Source: Candidatus Hadarchaeota archaeon
Lineage (GTDB): Archaea > CAYQAE01 > CAYVLA01
Assembly: GCA_964621445.1 (NCBI GenBank)
Contig: CAZUNO010000001.1
Span: 104,496-168,495 of the forward strand
Direction: 5' to 3'
DNA: 64,000 bases
The notes below the pieces were generated by a model, which saw nothing but the letters and a program-made list of their open reading frames with translations, made no database searches and was not told where the DNA came from. Below are positions 19,254 to 29,099 of the stretch, piece after piece. A program made the position numbers and the translations under genes. The first letter of the stretch is position 1; every line of letters starts with the position of its first letter.

Positions 19254-20669
19254 TTGCCACTATATCTAGTTAGGGTTGACATCTTGGAGAAAAGAGGGGA
19301 CGAGACACTCGGCTGCCATCTCTCCAATTTCCTGGAGCAGGGAATAAGGGGTAAGGAGCTATTATGCCTTATAGATGGGGAACATTACCCTCCGGTTACC
19401 AAAGCGACCATCAATAGGCTAGAAGAGATGGGAAATAAAGTCTCTGCTCTGGTCTTCCTTGGAGGGTCCGAAAAGCTGGAGAATGCGGAGATGGACTTCC
19501 GGGAAAGGAAGGTCTATGTCAATGAGGGGGAGGTAGAGGAAACCATACCTAATGCATTGAACGTGGTTTCCGCGGATTTGGTGGTTGATCTTTCCGATGA
19601 GCCCATTGTAGATTATTTTAGGAGATTCAGAATAGGCTCAAGGGTCCTAATAGAGAATTGCTCCTATATTGGAGCTGATTTCTATTTTGATCCGCCCCAT
19701 CGAGAGGAGGTTTTGGAAAAACCCAATATCGGGATCATCGGAACCGGGAAAAGGGTGGGTAAAACGGCCGTTAGCATTCATCTGGCTCGCCTACTTTTTG
19801 ACCAGGGAATTGATCCAGCTATAGTTTGCATGGGTAGGGGAGGACCTCCCGAACCCGAAGTCGTAAATCTAAGTGGGTCCGACGTTGGGGTGGAGAAACT
19901 TCTGGAAATCTCCAAATCTGGAAGTCATGCGGCATCCGATCACTGGGAGGACGCCTTTCTTTCCCGAGTTCTGACCATCGGTTGCAGAAGGTGTGGGGGT
20001 GGCATGAGCGGTAATCCATTCATGTCAAATGTGATTGAAGGCGCGAGGATTACCAATTCTATTCCTCAGGATTTTGTGATAATGGAAGGCTCTGGCCCAA
20101 CCCTGCCTCCGGTCGAAACCGAGAAAAACATCCTGGTCATCGGTGCCGATCAGCCAATTGACACCTCCGTGAGGATGTTCGGTGAGTATCGTATACTGTT
20201 ATCGGATTTTATAATAATCACAAAATGCGAGGAACCAATGGCCTCGGAACAGAAATTAGAGGATTTGCGCGACTCCATATCCGAGATCGATCCGGAAATC
20301 GATATAGCACTTACCATTTTTCGACCCGAGCCCATGGGCGATATTGGGGATAAGAGGGTTTTCGTGACCACAACTTCCAAGGGTATTTCATGGAAGGTAG
20401 TTGAGGACTATCTAGAAGGGGAATTTGGCTGTGAGGTTTGTGGCACTTCCGATAATCTCTCCGATAGAAAAATTCTCAGAAAGGAATTGAAGGAGGGCCT
20501 GGAGGGATGTGAAGTTTTACTAACTGAGGTAAAGGCAGCATCAATAGACCTCGCCGCCATGAAGGCGAGAGAGAAGGGACTTGAGGTAGTTTTGATGAAT
20601 AACAAGCCACTGCTGGTTGGAGGAACAATCGACGATTTAGATAGTTCATTACTTTCGGTCTGCAAGTGA
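19254..20669 (+). CDS. cpgS: Cyclic 2,3-diphosphoglycerate synthetase (true start probably slightly downstream)
   Basis: LIDGEHYPPV, DLSDEP, GTGKRVGKT, MGRGGP, HAASD, GCRRCGGG, EGSG. Confidence 0.92.
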   Translation: MPLYLVRVDILEKRGDETLGCHLSNFLEQGIRGKELLCLIDGEHYPPVTKATINRLEEMGNKVSALVFLGGSEKLENAEMDFRERKVYVNEGEVEETIPNALNVVSADLVVDLSDEPIVDYFRRFRIGSRVLIENCSYIGADFYFDPPHREEVLEKPNIGIIGTGKRVGKTAVSIHLARLLFDQGIDPAIVCMGRGGPPEPEVVNLSGSDVGVEKLLEISKSGSHAASDHWEDAFLSRVLTIGCRRCGGGMSGNPFMSNVIEGARITNSIPQDFVIMEGSGPTLPPVETEKNILVIGADQPIDTSVRMFGEYRILLSDFIIITKCEEPMASEQKLEDLRDSISEIDPEIDIALTIFRPEPMGDIGDKRVFVTTTSKGISWKVVEDYLEGEFGCEVCGTSDNLSDRKILRKELKEGLEGCEVLLTEVKAASIDLAAMKAREKGLEVVLMNNKPLLVGGTIDDLDSSLLSVCK

Positions 20670-20778
20670 AAAATACCAACAGTGCTTAAGGTCATATTTG
20701 GTTTGCCAGGACTTCATAGATTATTACTCGCTGGACATTTTTATTGGAGAAGCGACTTATGACATTTGGTGTTCTTGG

Positions 20779-21264
20779 ATGGAGTTCATGGATGTTATTC
20801 GAAAAAGAAGGAGCATCAGGAAGTATAAAGACCGGCCGGTCGAGGATGAAGTGTTAAAGGAGGTCCTGGATGCTGGCAGATGGGCTCCTTCGGGAGCCAA
20901 CAGGCAACCTTGGCATTTCATTGTGGTGAGCGAAAGGGACAAGAAGGAAGCCATGGGCATTCCAGAATGGGCGGTACAGGCCCCTTTGGTTCTGGCGGTA
21001 TGCGGAGACCCTGAAGTTTCCCCTCGATGGTGCGTCGTTGATCCCACAATTGCCATGGAGCATATAGTTCTGGCAGCTACGAATAGAGGATTGGGGACAT
21101 GTTGGATTGGGGAGCTGAACCAGGACGAACAGGCAAAAAAGGCACTAGGAATACCCCAGCGGATGAAAGTTGTTGCAGTGACTCCACTGGGCTATCCTGA
21201 CGAGGCGCCAAAAACTAAGGAAAGAAAGGATTTGCAGGAGATCGTGCATTTTGAGGATTTCTAG
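20779..21264 (+). CDS. Nitroreductase family protein
   Basis: RRSIRKY, APSGANRQPW, GLGTCWIG, LGYP. Confidence 0.92.
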   Translation: MEFMDVIRKRRSIRKYKDRPVEDEVLKEVLDAGRWAPSGANRQPWHFIVVSERDKKEAMGIPEWAVQAPLVLAVCGDPEVSPRWCVVDPTIAMEHIVLAATNRGLGTCWIGELNQDEQAKKALGIPQRMKVVAVTPLGYPDEAPKTKERKDLQEIVHFEDF

Positions 21265-21270
21265 CTAAAG

Positions 21271-22599
21271 ATGGTGCGCGCCTTGGCCCCCGAATTCCGG
21301 GTCGGTACGGCTCGTACCGAAATAACGCCCCCGGTCGGTTCCGAGCTGATCGGATATGTGTATCCGCCCAGGATATCGACCGGCGTTGAATATCCACTCT
21401 TTTTGACATCTGCAGTGGTAGCCAGGGACAGGGAGAGAGTAGCAGTTGTTTCCTGCGATCTCATAGCTCTGGAAAGGGAATATGTTGATAGAGCCAAGGA
21501 GCTGATAAAGTCACATCTGGGGATACCTCCCCCAAATGTCATGGTCGCCTGTACACATATCCATACCGGGCCCTGCACAACGGATCTGTTCTGCTCTGAG
21601 GCGGATGAGGCCTATCTAGAGGAATTACCTATCCGTATCGCGAATTGCGTGGAAGAGGCGGGTGAGGATGCGTCGAGGGCCAGTCTTGAGGTTGTGAAGC
21701 TCGAGGATTCATCAATGGCATTCAATCGCCGCTATGAAATGAGGGATGGGAGCGTCAGAACCAATCCTGGTATCGGAAATAATAGGGTCCTGAGACCTAT
21801 GGGACCAACGGACCCGGAGATCATAATTCTTCTGATTCGTGACCCCGATGGTGGGGTTCGGGATTGCATCTTCAATTATTCGAACCACGTTGACGTTGTG
21901 GGTGGAAATAGAATTAGCCCGGACTATCCTGGAATCTTGTCCCGTCTCTTTAGAGAGCGCTTTGGAATGGATTCAAATCTTATATACCTGAACGGTGCCT
22001 GTGGAGATGTCAACCATATCAACCTCAATGGCCCCCCGGGTCAGAGTGGACCCCAGAAATCAAGAGAGATGGCGGAGAGGCTTTTCGCCGATCTACTGGA
22101 GGCCTTGGAGAAGACAAAAGAGATGGATTCCTTTCGCCTTGAAGGAGAGGTTAGAGAAATAGAGCTACCTCTGAGGCCTATCGAAAGGGAAAAGGTTGAG
22201 TGGGCCAGAGGTGAAATGGAGAGGTCCGGTTCGGATAGCACTGGCGGAGTGTGGGCTCGAGAGATGCTAAAGCTGAAGGATGAGGGAGAGGGCGGGATAG
22301 AGACCCTGATCCAAGGCCTCCGCATATCCGATCTTTTCTTGGTCGGTTTTCCGGGAGAGGTCTTCACCTCCATTGGACTGCAGCTAAAAAGGAAGTTGAC
22401 CTCTGAATATACCGGGGTTGTGGAACTGGCAAATGACTATGTTGGCTATCTTCCCACAGATGAGGCATTTGATCAGGGAGGTTACGAGGTAAGGCCCGCA
22501 AGGTCAAGCCGTGTGGGAAGAGGAACGGAATCCATACTTGTGGAAAGTGCAGAGGAACTGGGATCAAGCCTGTTATCTTCCGCGGGTGAACCAACTTGA
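21271..22599 (+). CDS. Neutral/alkaline ceramidase-like hydrolase
   Basis: ITPP, THIHTGP, FNRR, NH, GACGD, PGEVF, GYLP, GGYE. Confidence 0.8.
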   Translation: MVRALAPEFRVGTARTEITPPVGSELIGYVYPPRISTGVEYPLFLTSAVVARDRERVAVVSCDLIALEREYVDRAKELIKSHLGIPPPNVMVACTHIHTGPCTTDLFCSEADEAYLEELPIRIANCVEEAGEDASRASLEVVKLEDSSMAFNRRYEMRDGSVRTNPGIGNNRVLRPMGPTDPEIIILLIRDPDGGVRDCIFNYSNHVDVVGGNRISPDYPGILSRLFRERFGMDSNLIYLNGACGDVNHINLNGPPGQSGPQKSREMAERLFADLLEALEKTKEMDSFRLEGEVREIELPLRPIEREKVEWARGEMERSGSDSTGGVWAREMLKLKDEGEGGIETLIQGLRISDLFLVGFPGEVFTSIGLQLKRKLTSEYTGVVELANDYVGYLPTDEAFDQGGYEVRPARSSRVGRGTESILVESAEELGSSLLSSAGEPT

Positions 22600-24479
22600 G
22601 GGAAAGGGATTGGCCAATGTGGCCCACAAAGCCCATGTTGGCGAACACTAGGGAGGAGCCCTTTTCTGACCGTGAATGGCTTTATGAGGTAAAATGGGAT
22701 GGCATTCGATGTATATTGCATATGAATGATGGGAAAGTGAGACTGCAGTCACGTAATCTGAAGGACATAACCAAGACCTATCCGGAGGTTGAAGAATCCA
22801 CGGATTTCCTGGATGCGGAATCAGCGGTGATTGACGGGGAGATCGTGGCTCTTGAGCCGTCGGGAAAATCCTCATTCAAACTTCTGCAAACGAGAATGCA
22901 TCTCCAGTCCGATGACCGAATAAGATCTGGCATGAAAAATATCACCGTAACCCTTTATGCCTTTGACCTGCTGTACCTGGATGGTCAAATGATTATGGAT
23001 AGACCATTGGAGGAGAGGAAGAATCTTCTCCAGCAGATCATGACCGAGTACCGAAGTCTAAAATATTCTGACCATGTCCAGGAGGAGGGAGAGGAATTCT
23101 ACCAGGCCGCGAGGGATAGGGGGATTGAGGGAGTAATGGCTAAGAGGATGGATAGCGAGTATAGACCAGGAATTCGATCCTCCCAATGGTTGAAGATCAG
23201 GATAGAGAAAAGGGAGGAGTTCGTAATAGGAGGCTGGACACCCGGGAGGGGGGGTCGTAAAGGCCTCTTTGGTGCTTTGCTGCTTGGACAGTATGATAAA
23301 AATGATCTACAATATTCGGGAAAGGTGGGAACCGGTTTTGGAAAAGAGGACCTCGAGGCCATTCGTAACAGACTAGAAGAATTGGAGATAAGTGAAAGGC
23401 TCTTTGTGGAGGATCCCGGAGAAAAGGGTGCCCGATGGACCAAGCCCGAGTTGGTTTGTGATGTCAGGTTGATGCAAAGGACGGATGAAGCGCTCAGGTT
23501 CCCGGTTTTCCTGGGATTGAGAGATGACAGGGACCCGAAGAGCGTTCGGGTCCCGGATAAACGGCCATCTGGAAACTCTAAGCTATCTGGCAGTTATGAG
23601 TTAGGGAGGGTTCATCTCTCGAATTCCGACAAGGAATTTTGGTCTCAGCGTGGATATACAAAGTTTGACCTGTTCAACTATTACTTGGAGATCTCCAAAT
23701 ACATACTTCCTCATCTTAAGGATAGACCCTTAACCCTTCACAGGCAACCCGATGGCACGGAGGATGAGGGCTTTTATCAGCGTAATCTGCCGGATTCTGC
23801 CCCGGATTGGATGGAATCGATAAATATTGACAGGGAGGACCAGGAGACCATTAGGGGGATATTATGTAGGGATCCAGAAGCTCTGGCTTGGCTTGCCAAT
23901 ATGGGTGCCATAGAGATTCATCCATGGCTGGCAAGAATCGATAGCCTGGAAAGACCTGATTTAATCATATTCGACCTGGACCCAGTCTACCCGGCTAGAT
24001 ACGCTGACTCATGTCAAGTGGCTCTAAAGATAAGGGACCTGCTTTTCCAAGTCGGTCTTAGGCCCTATGTAAAAACTTCAGGCAAGAGGGGGCTGCACGT
24101 GTACCTGCCGATAATGAGAAACCTAGATTTCGATCAATCCAGAGCCTTCGTGAGGGAGATTGGCAGAAGAATTGACGGGGATTTGGGGGAGTCCTTTACC
24201 ATGAGCAGGAAACCGAGCCAGAAGGAAGGTAAGGTGTTTATGGACCCGGCCCAAAACGGCTGGGGACGTAGCCTCGTTTCGGCTTACAGTCTTAGGCCTA
24301 CGGTTAAGGCAACGGTTTCAACACCGATAACCTGGGAGGAGTGTGGAAACTGCGTCAAACCAGAACGGTTCGATATGAAATCCGTTCCCCGGCGCCTGAA
24401 GAATGCCAAGGATCCCTGGCGGGACATGTTCCAGGAGCCCCAGGATGTTAAAGAGGTATTGGGCATCCCTTCGTTCTGA
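22596..24479 (+). CDS. ligD: NHEJ DNA ligase D, ligase-polymerase (LIG-POL) fusion
   Basis: EVKWDG, DGEIV, YAFDLL, EGVMAK, WLKI; C-terminal AEP primase-polymerase with FDLDP and KTSGKRGLHVY. Confidence 0.92.
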   Translation: MRERDWPMWPTKPMLANTREEPFSDREWLYEVKWDGIRCILHMNDGKVRLQSRNLKDITKTYPEVEESTDFLDAESAVIDGEIVALEPSGKSSFKLLQTRMHLQSDDRIRSGMKNITVTLYAFDLLYLDGQMIMDRPLEERKNLLQQIMTEYRSLKYSDHVQEEGEEFYQAARDRGIEGVMAKRMDSEYRPGIRSSQWLKIRIEKREEFVIGGWTPGRGGRKGLFGALLLGQYDKNDLQYSGKVGTGFGKEDLEAIRNRLEELEISERLFVEDPGEKGARWTKPELVCDVRLMQRTDEALRFPVFLGLRDDRDPKSVRVPDKRPSGNSKLSGSYELGRVHLSNSDKEFWSQRGYTKFDLFNYYLEISKYILPHLKDRPLTLHRQPDGTEDEGFYQRNLPDSAPDWMESINIDREDQETIRGILCRDPEALAWLANMGAIEIHPWLARIDSLERPDLIIFDLDPVYPARYADSCQVALKIRDLLFQVGLRPYVKTSGKRGLHVYLPIMRNLDFDQSRAFVREIGRRIDGDLGESFTMSRKPSQKEGKVFMDPAQNGWGRSLVSAYSLRPTVKATVSTPITWEECGNCVKPERFDMKSVPRRLKNAKDPWRDMFQEPQDVKEVLGIPSF

Positions 24480-24554
24480 AGATGAGATCAAAAAGGAGCG
24501 ATTGCTTGAAACATTTGTTAGCTTGCCCGTGCCAGTGAGGGCAATAATTTCTAG

Positions 24555-25244
24555 ATGAGGAATCCGAAAGTGGTAGAGATAAAAGAGGTCAATGGATTCG
24601 TTTTCGATTTGGACGGCACTCTGGTTAATTCATTCCCTGGACATGTGGAGTCCTGGACCAGGGCCATTACAGAATTTGGTGTTTCGGCAACTGAGGAAGA
24701 GATAAGGTCTCAAATGGGAAAATCCAGCAGAGATATATCGAAAGCACTGATGGGTGGAGCAAGTCCAGCTGAACTGGAGGAGGCCTCGAGGCGCAAGGAT
24801 CAGATATATCTTAAGATAATTCCCGGTTTTCTGGAGGCAAAGGAGGGCTCCAGGGAAACCCTTGTAGAGCTTAGGGAAAGGGGTTATGAGATATCCGTGG
24901 CCTCCTCAAACCCAAGGGATGTAATCCAGAGAAGTCTGAAAACCGTCCGTTTGGCGGAACTGACCGGTCCCCTTGCCAGTCAAGATGAGGTAAATAATGG
25001 AAAACCAGCCCCTGACATGTTCTTGCTTGCCTCCCAAAAGATGGGTATAGAGGGACGAAGATGTGCTGCTGTAGGGGACACCGTATATGACATCGAATCT
25101 GCGAGAGGAGCTGAAATGTTAACGGTTGCCTACACCGGAGGATGCAACGAACGCTCCCAGCTAGAGGATGGGGGACCCGACTTTATAATCAGTGATCTTA
25201 GGGAGCTGTTGGACATTTTTCCTAGTAGGGCCGGAGAGCTTTAG
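24555..25244 (+). CDS. HAD-IA family phosphatase
   Basis: FDLDGTL, KPAPD, VGDT..D. Confidence 0.9.
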   Translation: MRNPKVVEIKEVNGFVFDLDGTLVNSFPGHVESWTRAITEFGVSATEEEIRSQMGKSSRDISKALMGGASPAELEEASRRKDQIYLKIIPGFLEAKEGSRETLVELRERGYEISVASSNPRDVIQRSLKTVRLAELTGPLASQDEVNNGKPAPDMFLLASQKMGIEGRRCAAVGDTVYDIESARGAEMLTVAYTGGCNERSQLEDGGPDFIISDLRELLDIFPSRAGEL

Positions 25245-25324
25245 GGTAATTGAGATGCCCTGGTTTTTCACAGGCCTGATGGAGGGCCTATTGATGCCTA
25301 GATTCCATAACGTGGCGATACAAC

Positions 25325-25909
25325 TCAACAAGATTTGATGCCGAAAATTGCGAGGCAGGGATTTCTTTTTCCGGTCAAGTCAAGCAATTTTTTCCAATAG
25401 GTCTTGGCCTCTGGGACGAATTTCTCTGAGGAAAGCATCTCCGTCAACCGATGTGAATCATAAAAACCGGTCGCACAGGGGTTTACCTCATCACTGGGCA
25501 CTAGGTTATCATCGACAAGGGCCACGAAGCAATAGTTGACCTCATGGGCCGCCGGCGAGTAAGTGGGATTGTCAAATGCCTTGATCAGCCTGTGATTCTT
25601 GCTGACAACGGAGACTCCTACCTCCTCCTCAAGTTCTCGCATGGCCTCCATACGGAGTATAGGCCCCGGTTCGGATAATAGGCCAAGATCGAACAGCACA
25701 TGTCCAGATGCTGAATCGGTGTATGCACCAGGATAGGTTGGGCGAGACAGGGATCGTTTCTGCACCAGATATTCTCCATTCTCATCGAATGCCAGGACCC
25801 TTACCACCAGATGATCCAGGGTGAGGTTATGGGCATTTTCCCGGGGGAACGGGTAGAAGCTTCCATTGCGCCCTACACATGCTAGTAGCTCGCTTTCATT
25901 AGATCTCAT
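25325..25909 (-). CDS. Nudix hydrolase (IDI-1/YfcD-like)
   Basis: QKRS, SASGH, AMRELEEEVG Nudix box. Confidence 0.8.
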   Translation of the reverse strand: MRSNESELLACVGRNGSFYPFPRENAHNLTLDHLVVRVLAFDENGEYLVQKRSLSRPTYPGAYTDSASGHVLFDLGLLSEPGPILRMEAMRELEEEVGVSVVSKNHRLIKAFDNPTYSPAAHEVNYCFVALVDDNLVPSDEVNPCATGFYDSHRLTEMLSSEKFVPEAKTYWKKLLDLTGKRNPCLAIFGIKSC

Positions 25910-25922
25910 GTGATCCGCCTTA

Positions 25923-26738
25923 CTATAGCTGCATTATCATGTTCAGGCTGGAGGAGGTATCGGAAAGCATCTTCTCTGGAAATAGGTCGAAGGCACTAAG
26001 CTCAGCCACCAGGTAGCCATCATATCCTACCTTTCTCAGTGATTTAATTACCAGTTTCCAATTTACGTCCCCCTGCAGTAAGTAGGTGAATCCCTTAATG
26101 TTGCCTATGTCGGTGGAGAAGTCCTTCACATGAACGCAGGATATGAAATCGCCCAATATCTCTATCCAATCCTGGGGGTAACCAGAAACCAGGACGTTGC
26201 CCACATCGAAGTAGGCCCTAACGTATTCGCTTCCCACTTCATGGATATAGCTCCTAAACTCAAGAGGACTGAGGAGGAACTTGTTCCAAACATTTTCGAT
26301 GCCAATGTTAACGCCCAGGTTTTCGGCTTGGGGTGCCAGCTCTCGCAGGGCATTCTGGGAGCGTTGGTAGGCCTTTTGGTAGGTGACATTCTCATTTACC
26401 ACGGCCGGAACAACCAAAACGGTCTTGGCACCCAGTATGGAGGCGGCCTGCAGACTCTTCTCAATTGCTTCCATACCGCGTTTTCTTATGGCCTTCTCGG
26501 GGGAGGAAAGTGGAAATTTCCAGCCTAACCCGCTGGCTATGCTCGGGGCGTCGAGGTCGTAACTCTCGATAAGGTCCCTCTGGGATTTGATCTCATCTCG
26601 GGTTGTTCTCAAATCCAGTATGCCATTCTCCGATATGGCTAGTTCAATACCATCAAACCCGGCTTCCTTTGTCTGGCTGAGCATATCCTCAAGGGATGTT
26701 TTTTCAGGAAAGCCCCAGGCATTCATACCTTTCTTCAT
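25923..26738 (-). CDS. Sugar phosphate isomerase/epimerase (xylose-isomerase-like TIM barrel)
   Basis: GFDGIEL, IENVWNKFL, YFDVGN, HVKD, GDVNW. Confidence 0.85.
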   Translation of the reverse strand: MKKGMNAWGFPEKTSLEDMLSQTKEAGFDGIELAISENGILDLRTTRDEIKSQRDLIESYDLDAPSIASGLGWKFPLSSPEKAIRKRGMEAIEKSLQAASILGAKTVLVVPAVVNENVTYQKAYQRSQNALRELAPQAENLGVNIGIENVWNKFLLSPLEFRSYIHEVGSEYVRAYFDVGNVLVSGYPQDWIEILGDFISCVHVKDFSTDIGNIKGFTYLLQGDVNWKLVIKSLRKVGYDGYLVAELSAFDLFPEKMLSDTSSSLNMIMQL

Positions 26739-26789
26739 ATAGACGCCGATTACCGGGAGCTAGAACATTCTAAAATGTGTAACGTTAGC

Positions 26790-28262
26790 TTAATCACTTT
26801 CCAGATCCTTCAATTTTGCGGCAATGATTCTATTGGTGATCTCCGGGTCGGCACTTCCCCTAGTTTTTTTCATAACTTGACCAACCAAGTAGTTACGGGC
26901 CTTATCCTGGACTAGAGCATCCTCCACGGCTTCCGGATTCTCCTGGAAGACATCTTCTACGATTTTCTCTAAATGTGATGAGTCACCAATTCTTTTCAGT
27001 TCCTGGTCTTCCACGATCTTTCTGGGCCGGTTGCCGGTATCAAGCATGTCCCGCATCACGCCTTTGGCCATCTTACCACTGATGGTCCTTTCATCAATCA
27101 TTGTTAGAAGCTCAGCAATGTGCTGGGGTGTTGTGGGAAGCTCATCCATTTCCATACCTTTTTCATTCATATATCCCAGGAGTTCGGTCATCAGCCAGTT
27201 GGAAACCTTCTTTGGCTCATCATAGATGGCGACGCATTCCTCGAAGAAGTCGGCCAATTTCTTGCTACCAGTTAGTACACCGGCATCGTATTCGGGAATG
27301 CCGTATTCGTCCTGAAAGCGGGCAGCACGAATGTCGGGCAGCTCCGGCATTGACTCCCCTGCCGAGTTAATCATGTTCTGGGTAATTTTGATTGGCATCA
27401 GATCTGGATCTCGGAAATAGCGATAGTCCTCCACGGTCTCCTTTGATCGCAGGGAAACCGTGATTTTCTTGGTCTCGTCGTAATGTCGGGTTTCTCGTTT
27501 TATGCTTCCACCTCTTCTCTTGAGGCTTCGCTGTCTGCTTATCTCAAAACTCAGGGCTTTCTCAACGCCCTTGAAGCTTGAGATGTTCTTTACCTCCACC
27601 GTCTTGCCCCCTCCCACCGAGATGTTGGAATCAAATCGCATTGACCCCTGCAGGCTTCCATCCGTGATGCCCAGATGTTCGACGATGTTTCTAAGCTTTT
27701 GGGCAAAAAGTCTGGCTTCCTTTGGCGAGGAGATATCCGGTGCGGTGACTATTTCACAGAGCGCAACCCCGCTTCTATTGTAGTCCACTAGCGTCTCCGG
27801 GCTTGTAGTTATAGATCCCTTGAACACGTTTCTGGCCGGGTCTTCCTCGAGCTGTATCCTCCATATGCCTATCTCTTTGCGCTGACCGTTTAGGTTAAGG
27901 TCTAGGTGGCCCTTCCTGGCGATGGTCTTTGAGCCATCCGGCGCCTCGTACATCGATATCTGGTAGTTCTTGGGAAGGTCGACGTAGGTATAGTTCTTGC
28001 GGAAGAAGGATGAAAATTTAGGTATCTTACAGTTTAGGGCATGGGCGATCATTAGCGCCATTTTTATGGCCCTTTTATTTGGCACTGGAAGGCTACCAGG
28101 TAATCCTAGGCAAACCGGACATACGCAGGTATTGGGGTCACGGTTTCTGTAATCAGCTGAACATCCACAGAATAGCTTAGTCTTGAGCTTGGTCAGCTGT
28201 ATGTGGCATTCCAGCCCAATTTTTACCTCCTTATCCTCAATTTGGGTTGATACCGCTTCCAT
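26790..28262 (-). CDS. gatB: Asp/Glu-tRNA amidotransferase subunit B
   Basis: IGLECHIQL..KLFC, DLPKNYQIS, DYNRSG, EVKNI, DYRYF.DPDL. Confidence 0.96.
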   Translation of the reverse strand: MEAVSTQIEDKEVKIGLECHIQLTKLKTKLFCGCSADYRNRDPNTCVCPVCLGLPGSLPVPNKRAIKMALMIAHALNCKIPKFSSFFRKNYTYVDLPKNYQISMYEAPDGSKTIARKGHLDLNLNGQRKEIGIWRIQLEEDPARNVFKGSITTSPETLVDYNRSGVALCEIVTAPDISSPKEARLFAQKLRNIVEHLGITDGSLQGSMRFDSNISVGGGKTVEVKNISSFKGVEKALSFEISRQRSLKRRGGSIKRETRHYDETKKITVSLRSKETVEDYRYFRDPDLMPIKITQNMINSAGESMPELPDIRAARFQDEYGIPEYDAGVLTGSKKLADFFEECVAIYDEPKKVSNWLMTELLGYMNEKGMEMDELPTTPQHIAELLTMIDERTISGKMAKGVMRDMLDTGNRPRKIVEDQELKRIGDSSHLEKIVEDVFQENPEAVEDALVQDKARNYLVGQVMKKTRGSADPEITNRIIAAKLKDLESD

Positions 28263-28301
28263 GCTCTATTCCTTTAAAACGGTTCGAAAAAAGCTTTATA
28301 T

Positions 28302-29099
28302 GTGTCTCTTCCCGAAGCTGGTTTCAGGAAAGTAGGGATAATATTGACATTCTTCGGATCAATTGCCGAAGAAACACTAGTAAGGCTTCTTCTGGGGACG
28401 GCTCTTTGCACTGCATTAGCCTATGGGGCTAGGAGAAAGGGAGCCCTAAACAGCAGCGGTGCCATCGTCGCCTGGCTTCTTGGGATATCCATAGTTGGGT
28501 TAGTAGGTTTGAGCTGGTTAATCATCATACTGGTATTTTTCGTCGTGGGTGCCATTTCCACCAAATACAAGTACGGGATGAAGGAAGAGATCGGGGTTGC
28601 TCAGGATAGGCTCGGTGCCCGGTCCTGGAGGAATGTCATGGCCAACGGGATCACCCCTCTGGCTTTCGTAATATCCGAGTTCATCTATCCGGGAGCAATA
28701 TTCTTGGTGGGATATCTGGGAGCGGTTTCAGCGGCCCTGGCCGATACGGTATCCAGCGAGGTTGGGCTTACAAGTGCTAGGGACCCCAGGCTGGTGACCA
28801 GCTTCAAGAAGGTGAAACCAGGAACCCATGGTGGCATCTCTCTCCTTGGAACCGGGGTTAGTCTTCTGGGATGCCTTCTTCTTGGAGTAGTTGCCTGGTA
28901 TATGCGAATGGAGCCCGTGAACTGGGAGCTAATCCCGATTATGGTCTTCTGCGTAGTAGGTGGCATGTTAGGGTCATTGGCCGACAGCATATTAGGAGCT
29001 CTATTTGAAAGGAAACAGAAGATGTCCAATTCACAGGTGAACCTTGTGGCCACATTGGTGGGTGGCATTGCGGCGATTGCAGTTTATCTTACGCTCTAA
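28302..29099 (+). CDS. DUF92 (TIGR00297) integral membrane protein
   Basis: R..RNV.ANG, ADT..SE.G, PG..GG.S..G, N..VN. Confidence 0.88.
   Translation: MSLPEAGFRKVGIILTFFGSIAEETLVRLLLGTALCTALAYGARRKGALNSSGAIVAWLLGISIVGLVGLSWLIIILVFFVVGAISTKYKYGMKEEIGVAQDRLGARSWRNVMANGITPLAFVISEFIYPGAIFLVGYLGAVSAALADTVSSEVGLTSARDPRLVTSFKKVKPGTHGGISLLGTGVSLLGCLLLGVVAWYMRMEPVNWELIPIMVFCVVGGMLGSLADSILGALFERKQKMSNSQVNLVATLVGGIAAIAVYLTL

Noticed and set aside
25325-25909. Type 1 isopentenyl-diphosphate isomerase
   Set aside because: SASGH replaces the catalytic Cys motif; kept as a generic Nudix hydrolase
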